From Camelus dromedarius (Eukaryota), in NCBI RefSeq assembly GCF_036321535.1, contig NC_087437.1, positions 85,686,001-85,750,000 on the forward strand: DNA of 64,000 nucleotides, written 5' to 3'. Positions 54,511 through 64,000 of the stretch are shown piece after piece; the stretch's first letter is position 1, and every line of letters begins with the position of its first letter. Both the position numbers and the translations under genes were made by a program. Under the pieces are notes generated by a model. It saw only the letters and a list, made by a program, of their open reading frames with translations, had not been told where the DNA came from and searched no databases.

Positions 54511-54695
54511 CAGACTCACTGATACAGAGAACAAACTAGTGGTTACCAGTGGGGAGAGGATAGGGAAGGGGCAATTTAGGTGTAGAAGGAACAAAAAAGT
54601 GTTACTGTGAGATTACTGAAATCAAATATGTGTGAAACTTTTGGAAATTGTAGAGCACTATAGACTTTAAAGAATCTTTCATCCAATTAAAAAAT
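54511..54695 (+). mobile_element. L1 3' UTR fragment with an alternative terminal segment
   Basis: L1 text 'cagactcactgatacagagaacaaactagtggttaccagtggggagagg', followed by 'gtgtgaaacttttggaaattgtagagcactatag...aattaaaaaa'. Confidence 0.8.
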
Positions 54696-56202
54696 TCATG
54701 AAGAATTTTTTAAAAGATTTCTTTTAATATTCACTATTGAACCTGATCATGCACAAGGTTGATTTCCAACATAGGACTTTTAAAAGCAAATGTGGGACTT
54801 CAAAATACAACATCTGTCAAGTATCATAATATAAATCTCAAATAACATACTTACATTTTTCTCTTCTCAGCAATTGGCCTACATGTGTTATCTCATTTTT
54901 CTCACAAGTGAAATTTTTGATGTTGTTATGTGGTCAATTTACAATACGTTAGAGAGAATTATACATTTTATAGGCCATGTCCTCAAACTGGTGAGGTGGC
55001 ATCCTGTTGCTAATGCCATCCACATTTATTATTTTTTTCCTAATACACTACAAATCTCTTAGGTGTTAGTGCTGTTTATTTTTCTAGTAACTGTTTTAGT
55101 AGAAAGTAATTTCTAAGTACTTAAATTTTTTAACCCAAGATCATCTAAAATGAGATGCTTTCTCAGAAACAGTATTTTCAAGTATAATTGTTTATCAAAG
55201 AATAAGAATGTCTTTACATTTAATGGGAGTATCAAGTTAGTTTCATCTACAAAAGCAAATCAAGTAGTTATAACCAGAGGAACATAGCACTTTTTTTAGT
55301 GGCTACTTCTAGAAGACACCTGCTCTCTGTATGTTATATAACTATCTCTAGCCTCATGAAAGCTAACATTATTTCATTATTGAAACAATTTGTATTATCA
55401 TTCACACAATCTTAGAATCAATGTGCCTTGCAGCATTATCCGGAGCTCACTCTCCAAATTCCCACTCTCTGGTAATGAAATTATCCAGGACTCTGACAAC
55501 TCATCTCATTTTAGAGTCATCCAAGACCAAGGATTTCCCAAGCTAGATAAGGTTGTATATCATCAATCTAATAATCCTACAAATTTCTAGAGTATGCAAT
55601 GACATGTATGTGTGTGGACATGTATGCATATAAACATGGATATATTAAGCTTGTTAGCTTATTACAAAATTTAACAGACTTTAATGAAAATTTCCATTAA
55701 TTTTTTTTTTTTTTGCCATTTCTAATGAAAAGTGTGACAGATTTCTGATATGGAAACTCTCTCAGCAGTATCCTTTACCAGTATCATGCAAAAAACGCTT
55801 GGACACTTCCTGTAAAAAGAAGCCCATTGCCTCACAGGAAAGATAGGAAGGTTGAATTATTTCAGAGTTTTAGAAAGTTGTTTCACATATTAAGTACAGC
55901 AGTTTAGTCCCATTGCCTGCATGGGACCACCCAAAAAACACATCTGCCATCACTGTAGTTTTCTTGAATTAATCTACCATTCCCACACAGGTCTTTACTA
56001 GAATCATTTAAAATTCCTAAGCAAGTCATCTTGGAAATTTGTTCAGATTTACATTCCATAATTCAGGCTATATCAATTTCTAAAGCCTTCATAACCGGAT
56101 TTCTGAATTTTTTAACTTTCACCTCTACTGCCACCTTGTCTATCCAATTATCTGCCAAGTGTAGACTCTCTCCTAACCCTTGACCTGTAGCATCACCCTG
56201 AT

Positions 56203-56448
56203 GGGCATAGGGTTTAGTTTTAGGAAACCAAACAGACTGTAGGTGTTTTTTAAAGAAAGGAATTTAATAGAGCATTAGGTACTTATAAAATTGTTAGAAG
56301 AGCTGAACTCCTAATAAGAAGCTGAAATTCACAGAACTTCAGGCTTGCCTTAGCTTTCCAGGAGTTGCAATTTCTGTCATAATCAGGGAGCTAAGGAATC
56401 AAGTGGTTAGTACTAGAATTTAGGTTTAGGACCAAAACCCATTTGTGT
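56203..56448 (-). mobile_element. LTR78-like LTR, left part
   Basis: 'aggaaaccaaacagactgtaggtgtttttt.aagaaaggaatttaata...taggtacttataaaattgttagaagagctg'. Confidence 0.55.
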
Positions 56449-58557
56449 TGTATTATTAAGTTTAGGCTATGTCATGTTGCAATTAAAAAACAACTAAAAA
56501 TCTCACTGAATTAAAACAATAAAGCCTTATTTCTTGCTCATGCAAAGTAGGTCGTGAATATTCTCCCAGATTGTGGTCTTCTGTGAGATGTCTCATAGTT
56601 GTATCTCTATATAAACATGGACTTGTATAAGCCCCAATGCAGGAGAGGAAAACAGACTTTAAAAAAAAAATAGTTCAATGGTTCTTATACACTTTCTCCC
56701 CAAAATTACATATGCCACTTTTGCTCTATTTTCATCAGCCAAAACAAGTCATATGACTACTCCTAACTTCTCGTGGGCAGGGAAGTTTATCCATAACTTG
56801 GGTCTGGAAGAAGAATGATTAGCAAAATTGGTGAGCAGCACTGATGACTACTGTAGTATGTCCTTTTAATGTCCCAAAGCCAAATTTAATTGTGGCATTA
56901 AACTGAAAGCCAAGAACTTCTTGGCATTCATGAAAGTCTCTACCTCAAGTCCAGGAGTGGTAGCTGTTGAGGCAGAAGCTTATAAATTAAAAGGATAGGT
57001 GGTGTGCAGTTTATAGGAGTTGACAGGATTATTGCAATGAACACTTCCGTATTGAGACGAAGAGGATTCAATTCTGTAGCAATTCCGAATTCCCAGTGGG
57101 CTTTCTATTCCGTGGCTGGGAGCATCCCCTCATTATGCCTTTTCACTGCTCATGAGGAGTATCTCCTCTCCCTGACTCTGTGGTCCCTGAGAAATCCTTC
57201 CTTTGCCATCTTCCTCCTTGGTTAACATCAGAACTGGGAAGGCGGGAAATACGCCCTTTGTGGCTGAGCAGTCTTCTCGAACCAATTCCTGCCATTACTA
57301 GTTTGTGAGTCAAATTCTCACTATTAAGTCTTCAGTTAGAGATTACTTTTAGTTTAGCCTTTGCTTCTTTTGGTAAAAAAAAAAAAAATCTCTTGAAAAA
57401 TTTAGTAGACAATTTGAGTCTAATCAATAACATGCTAATGACAAAACGGACAGTTCCTCTAAGACATTGTTTTCACATTTGCTGTATGTATTTAGTTTCA
57501 CTCTCACCACCCTCTCTCTCTTTTGATCTAGTTGTGATTCTGTGTGCTTTGATTGTGGTAGCTGTGTGATTGAAACATACCATAATCACTTTGCCATGAG
57601 ATATTTTAACTAATTAAAAGATTTATTCAGCCACACTTTTAATTGGATCTTAAACCTGAAATACTTTAATCCATTCAAAGATTATAACAGATGTGATGGT
57701 CATCCCATTAATTTGAATCTTATAATTCAAAGCCTTCTCTAGTTTTTACATGTACTGCGAACAGCTGAGAAATAGCTGCCTCTTCCAACCCCAGAAATCC
57801 CGTTTTCTAGTTTATTTCTCTTCCTTTTTATTCTTTTTTGTTAAACTGTCCAATTCTTTTCTGAACTCACTTCTTTCATATAGTACCTATCAACAACAGT
57901 CAGTAGTAATCAATCCAAACTACCCATGTTCACTTGGCTAACTTCTTCCTCTAGAACTACAAGGTCATTAAGTATACAACTATCCTTCCATGTTAACTCA
58001 GAAGTCCATTTAACAGACTATTTTCCCAGTGAATTACATAGACTGCCACATTTTAGACTCAGTTTCCTCATCACTTCTGCTCAAGCCAATGCTACGTATT
58101 TTAGGCTTTGTTATTACAACATTCCAAACCTGGTATCCGTTTCTGCAGTATTGAGATTTGTCTAGGTCATGCTACGGTAACAAATAATTCCAAAATTGTG
58201 GTGATTTAAAACAATAATGAAAAAAAATGATGGTATATTTCTTACCCAGACAAGCTCTGCCGCGTATCTGGAAGACTCTTCAGGGCAACTGCTATGCATG
58301 TGATGGCTGAGCATTGAAACTCCTTTGCAACACATTCTTCCACCTGTGCTGTGGCCAAGGGAAGAGAACAGATGATTATATACCCGTTCTTGTATGTGTC
58401 TACCTAGAAATAATACACATAACTTCCTTCACATTCTGTTGGTCAGAGCAAGTAATATGACCCTACCTACTTCAAAAGGTTAGAGAAGTGCAATCTTTTT
58501 GCATGTTTGGAAGAAGAATGCCTGAAATATTGGTGTTCAGCACTAATTAGTAACACA
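56449..58557 (-). mobile_element. Two-LTR MaLR provirus (MLT1I/J/L-like LTRs with about 1.3 kb internal region)
   Basis: Homologous co-oriented LTRs at about 56449-56855 and 58145-58557 (both carry 'ttaaaacaataa' and 'tggaagaagaatg...attggtg..cagcact'). The internal region ends in the MaLR-int signature 'ttttaggctttgttattacaacattcc...ctggtatcc.tttctg'. Confidence 0.8.
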
Positions 58558-58910
58558 ACTGTGACACAGGAGTAAGGAAGCCATTCCTGTTGTCTCTGTA
58601 ACTATGCCGTGACTGCTGCAAGTCTCCTGATTGGACACTGAAACTTGAGTCCAGCTGTCACTGATGACACATCTGTTTCTGGGCACATACAACTTTAAGG
58701 AATAAACAAAAAAACATCTAATATCTTCAGAAGGAAGATGGCATCTTCTTCAATTCTGCCCTCAGAATTTTACATGAGCAACTGTATTTGGTGGAATCAT
58801 ATCTGAAAGGGAAGCTGAGAACAGTGGGTTTTAGCTTTCTAGAACCTGAAGTATAGGACAGCACACTAGAATAACCTTGGACTTGAAGCTGACTGCCAGC
58901 CCGTCATATG
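58558..58910 (-). mobile_element. LTR78-like LTR, right part
   Basis: 'ttttagctttctagaacctgaagtataggacagcacactagaa' resembles the LTR78 terminal region. Confidence 0.55.
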
Positions 58911-60781
58911 AATGCCCCAAGTTCCATGATCTCTGTCCTCTGACATCTAAGATTCCATAGCTCTGCTTAATCTTATCTCTGCCTGATAGGGAATAACATG
59001 TGACAAACAAGACTAATTTCTTTTCTGTAATAAGTTTTCATATTTTTGGCTGCCTCAAACGTCCCTTTGCTCATAATTAAACGTACTTAATTACTTTCAC
59101 TGTTTCTCATAACTTTCTTCAACATTTTGTTCTTCTAAATCTGAATCCTTATAACTTAACCAGTAACACCCATCTTAAAAGGTAGAGACAAAACCTAAAT
59201 TTAATCTTTTGGAAAAAATTATGTAAAGAGAAAGTATACAATGTTTTCTACTCATTATCCAAGTTTTCTCAGTTATACTAATCCTTATGGAAACAGAACT
59301 AGTCCTCAGTTAAATACCCTTGTTTCTGTGAATTTATCTGCTACTTTTTGGAAAAATCAAAATCTTTGGGAAGCCTGGAGTGGGAAGAGGGGTGTGAAGG
59401 ACTACAATACCCACCTCTGTCTTCCCCCACCCCCACTGTCACATCATCACTAGGCTGTCTTTTAGCTTCTCTGGAGTTGGAGAAAAGTAGGAGGAGAAAT
59501 ATTTGAGGGTCAGGAGAGGTCACATTCAGCTGACACCAAATTTCCTCTGGCCAGGCTGTTGTTTATATCTGATTCTCCTTGAGCTTTGTGAGCTTTCAGA
59601 GCTGAGTGTCTGCTTTCATGACTCTGCAGAGGATTCTTTCTTCTGTCCTGGGGGATCTCTTCCCTGAAGTCCCCTAATTCAGACATGTACTCTGACTGAC
59701 AGTGCAGCACCTTCCTCAGCCCTGGGTTTCTACAGTCCTCATCATAAAGCTCTGTCTGTTGGGATTCCACTGCTCTTCTAATCAGACCTCTTGGTCAAAG
59801 CTACTTCAGCAACACAAAGCTGATTATTTTCCCAAATGACTCATATCTGGACTATGAGAAACACTCTTACTTTTTTAATAAATTCTGGGAGGGCAGGTTG
59901 ATTCATAAGATTATTCCTTTTCCCTGATCCACAGGCAGAACAGCTAGTTAGCTATCATTTCTCACCATTATGCTTTTCCAGTGTAGCTTTCACTTAGAGA
60001 GTGAAAACCCACAAAAAGTAGGTCTCACTTTTTTGACAAACAAAGACTCCAAGAGTCACAGGAAAAGTTCTCCAAGTGGTCACTTTTAAGATCTTATTTT
60101 TATGCATGAGTGAAGAGAAATAAGCACAAGCAGGGCCAGGCCAGGCAACAAAGGACTCGGCAGTGGACAAGGCAGAGTCCTTATCCTCAAAGAGTGCAGA
60201 GTAGGTGTCTCATACTTGAGTGCCTTGAATTTCTCTTATGGTCCCCTGTTGACTCTCTGACTGCAGTATTCAGCATATTCGTTCTCTGTTTTTTAGAAGA
60301 TATATATTCTCTCTCAAGTTTTTATTTTTATGTCTAACAATGGTCAGAATGTCCTTTATAACTGTTCACTGATTTTTTTCCATGAAAAAGCCATATTCTT
60401 GCAAATGTTTCATCACTTTCAAATTATCAATCAGCTTTCCTATGCTGGTTAGAATGAAATAAACATTACTTCTTCCTAATATTGCTTCTTCCACATTCCA
60501 ACAGTGGGATTCCAGTGAGATTCATCAAGAATGTAACAAATGATATGCTTTGAACATAGTGAAACTCCTAGGTGAAGACAGGACCCTTGGAGCTCACCTC
60601 CCTCGTCACTATTCTATGATCTGTGCAGACATTGATCATTGGAAAACATCTTTTACCTTTTAAGTTTGGCCAGACTGTCTACATCAGGGCTACTCAGAGT
60701 GTCAACACATAATAAACTAAGGAGCTTGTGCCAGAATGTAATTCAATTTGCTGCTTCCTTCACTGATAAAGACTTGTTATT

Positions 60782-60803
60782 AAAAAAAAAAAAAAAAAAA
60801 AAA
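60782..60803. repeat. Poly(A) homopolymer, about 22 nt
   Basis: Direct reading. Confidence 0.9.
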
Positions 60804-63614
60804 GTCAGTTGACCTGAACAGTGTGCTTAATGACTTGGGTGATTTTCATTCTGGCATAAGCTTCCATGTCATTATGAAATAGTTCATGGATTGGTTGCTG
60901 TGCCAGATCACACTGAGAGACATGGTCTTAGGAATCAATATCAATTCAACTTAATTTTCCTTTAACCTCATCCACAAGGTAAAATTAAATGGATTTCTAA
61001 AGACATACATGAATATGTTCCCAGTGTCCTACAAGACACTCTACAGGTATTTTAGGAAATTTTAGAGATACTCACTTCTTGAGGGCCACTCCCCCAAAAT
61101 AAATTTAGACAGTTAATGAAGATCATCAATGTCTAAAGCCATTGTTATGCTAACATAATAGAAAAAAAATTTTATGAAGATCAAGAAATCTCTTGCTTTG
61201 AATTAACTCATACTTGCCCTTGGATTTAAAATATCATTAAAATAAATTTGGTTTAAAAATAAGAGAAAAAATATAATTCAGTTCATTCTAGGTAGGAATA
61301 TATGTTTAAATATTCTTTCCAACAGCAATTTTATAAAAAGCCCAGATGCACAGTTAATGAGCTAAAAATGAATCTAAACATTTGTCAGTTTTCAAGATTT
61401 GTATTCTAAGTACATTATAACTAAAAGAAAATATCAATTATCTCAAATAATTCTGATTTAAAAGAAAATTAAATAGTAGCTAAGAAAACACCAGTCACTT
61501 GATTACTGGAACTATTCATTTATTTAACCTTAAAAATGCCATGCTACTTTCAGAAAACAGTGGTAACAAATCTCATATAAAAATTATTAAGATACTTCTT
61601 TTGTAATGTTAATATTACTGTCTTCTCTGATCCCAGCTACAACCTTCTCTGACTTTGATATATGCGGAGGCTGACCTAGGTCTAACCCTGTCAGTTGTAA
61701 CTCTGAGACAGCCTTTAAGATTATAAGACTATGATCTGCTACATTTCCTAGAGGAAAAGTTTAACTGAGGACTGTTTCCTCTGACAAGTGATAAAGCCCT
61801 GCTCTTTTCAGGTAACACAAAAGTCCAAGGTACGGTTAAAATAAATTGAAAACGAGAACACAATATGAATTAAGGAGACAATTTAAGTAGAAAACTGTGT
61901 GTGTAAGAAAGCAAGGGAAGACAAAGCAAAGGAGAAAGAATATAGGTTGCCTAGGAGCAATCAATTCCTATTTTTATAAAGCTTAGAGTCTAGGAGAGTA
62001 ATTAGCATCCAGGCCAGATCAATTTTCCTAGACACAGTGTTTTATTAGATTGCTACATGACAGCATACCAGTTAAAACGGATTGGTCTAATTAGAATCCC
62101 ATTAATAACAAGACAGGCAATGACAGATGTCTCACTCCATCCACAATGCCTTGACTTATCAAATGCTCCAACATTCAAGCAGTTGTGAATATAGTTGCTT
62201 TTTTGTCATTTTCTAGTCTAAGAAAGGAAAAGAACAAATGTGGTGGAGGAGTGATGGTGAGGGAAAGGAAACTCCTTAGGACTCTGGTAATGAGGTCCTT
62301 CAAAAAACAATTAGTAAAGACCAAACACTAGAGACAGGTTCAATAAATAAGCATTTCAAAAACTCAAGCTGAAATAAGAACATCAATTCTCTGGACACCT
62401 GTAGGACAACAGTAAATTCTAAATGTAGTTCTGAAATAAACTACCCAATTTTGTTCCTTACCTAAATATCATGATAAAAAACAAACAAACAAATAAAAAG
62501 AGATGAAATTACAGTAGTTTGGCTTTTTTTCATTATTACAATAATAGAATCATAGTTTTATATAGATTATTGTTTCAGATTCTAATCTTGAAAAAGTTAT
62601 TCTATTTCTGCTGTTTCTTAAGACTTAGAAACCTCTCTTCCTCCCACCAAAAAACAAAAACAAACAAATACATATATATTAGAATACAGGTGGAGAGGCG
62701 AAGTCATACCAACAGAATATACGTATTACTTACTAAATAAATCTTTATTGAGTATCTTCCACAGCCAAACACTATTCCGGGTGATAGACTTACAATCTTT
62801 GAAAAATTTACTTTTATAGGAGGAATAAGTGAAAGAAAACAGCAGCCAGTCAAATGAACTGCACATAGAAACCCTTATTTTTGACTAGACGATTTGGCAG
62901 CCCCCAAGGAGCACCTGGGTGTCCCCAAGTTCCTGTAGCCCCTTCACTCCCACCTTTCAGTCTATCATATGGACTATCATGGTTTGCAGATCGATAGATG
63001 TGGGCTGTTCTCCAGGATCCAGGGCATTTCCATACCTTATTGAGTGGTAGCCTTCTGCGTTTCTCTAGGACTCACTCACACTACGTTCCTGGCCAGCTGG
63101 TTGTAACCACGTCTCTTGGGTAACTAGAACTCTTTAAGCACTAGCATTTTACGGACATCCTAACTTCTACAATAGCCATATGGTAGATTTGTCCTACGTG
63201 ATATACCCTATCGCTGCTAGCCTTTTTATTTATTCAAAATAATTCCTTTGTTTTGGACATTCTAACTGGGTTCTAATCCTTCTTGATGTGTGCCCAGTTA
63301 TTCTAAAAATTTCAAAAGTTCAGCCTAGACATCTTCTGTATTTTTTTCTGCCTATTGTTAAATTGAGTCTTCAGGAAAGGAAGAATAGGAATATTTTTAA
63401 ATTTCCCCCCAAATCATCATACATCATCCATTCCCAGTAAATTTCCCTCCTGTGGGTTCTGTCTCTATTATTTTCCAGATGACAAGATTATATAATCCAT
63501 TTCTTGGAGTAAGGTTTTATATAGTATATACTCTAACTATGTGTCTCAAATGTTTCAGAAAGTCCCAATTTCAGTCTCATGGGAATGTGTGTGTATCTGT
63601 GTGTGTGTATTTAA

Positions 63615-64000
63615 TAGAATATTCTAATCATGTAAAAGACAAACTCCAAATATCAATTGCTTAACACAAATAAACAAAGATTTATTTGTTTGTCCTTCAC
63701 GTTTCAGTTTGGGTTGGGTAGTCGGGAATAGAAAAGAAAAAGGAATTTTTCTCAAGCAGTTATTCAGAGTTCCTACTTTATTCCAGCCTGTGGTAACACC
63801 ATCTTTAATCCCAGCCTGGGCCTCCAATTTTGCTACAGAATGGAGAGTTGATGGTAGATAGTATCTGACAAATTTTTATGTGTCAAGTTTGAAAGCAGTA
63901 TACCTCACTCTGTCTACAATCCACTGACCAGAACCAAGGCACATGGTCCCAGACTAACTGAAAAAGAAGTGCTCTTCATTTCTGTGTCTAGAAAGGAGAG
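63615..64000 (-). mobile_element. MaLR LTR, MLT1J/K-like (may run off the window end)
   Basis: 'aaactccaaatatcaattgcttaacaca...gatttattt' and 'ccactgaccagaacc..ggcacatggtccc..actaactg'. Confidence 0.7.

Noticed and set aside
205..63827. Short ORFs of the six-frame track as host genes
   Set aside because: All are 127 aa or shorter, many start at non-ATG codons, and composition is that of AT-rich DNA. The recognisable ones are L1 or ERVL relics.
1..64000. CRISPR arrays, operons, rRNA/tRNA genes, CpG-island promoter, or a novel multi-gene system
   Set aside because: The sequence is CpG-depleted mammalian DNA. I saw no repeat-spacer arrays, long ORFs, structured RNA gene signatures or CpG island.

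Overview
AT-rich placental-mammal genomic DNA, most likely intergenic or deep intronic. I recognise no host protein-coding gene, RNA gene or CpG island. The only ORFs with recognisable products are decayed L1 ORF2 and ERVL gag/pro/pol relics. Much of the window is interspersed repeat: old L1M/L2/MIR/CR1, MaLR (MLT1) and ERVL (MLT2, LTR16, LTR40, MER74-group) LTRs, hAT MITEs (MER3, MER58, MER5) and younger cetartiodactyl-type L1 3' ends. These L1 ends, plus the absence of any recognisable lineage-specific SINE, tentatively point to a camelid. Repeat names are recalled from consensus sequences, not searched, so subfamilies and boundaries are approximate. I found no evidence of a new biological system. 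The best second-look items are a twin-primed inverted L1 inside an MLT1D LTR, an ERVL provirus relic, a two-LTR MaLR provirus nested in another LTR, three + strand candidate exons (one a 12-nt microexon-like unit) and a homeodomain/MEIS motif cluster.
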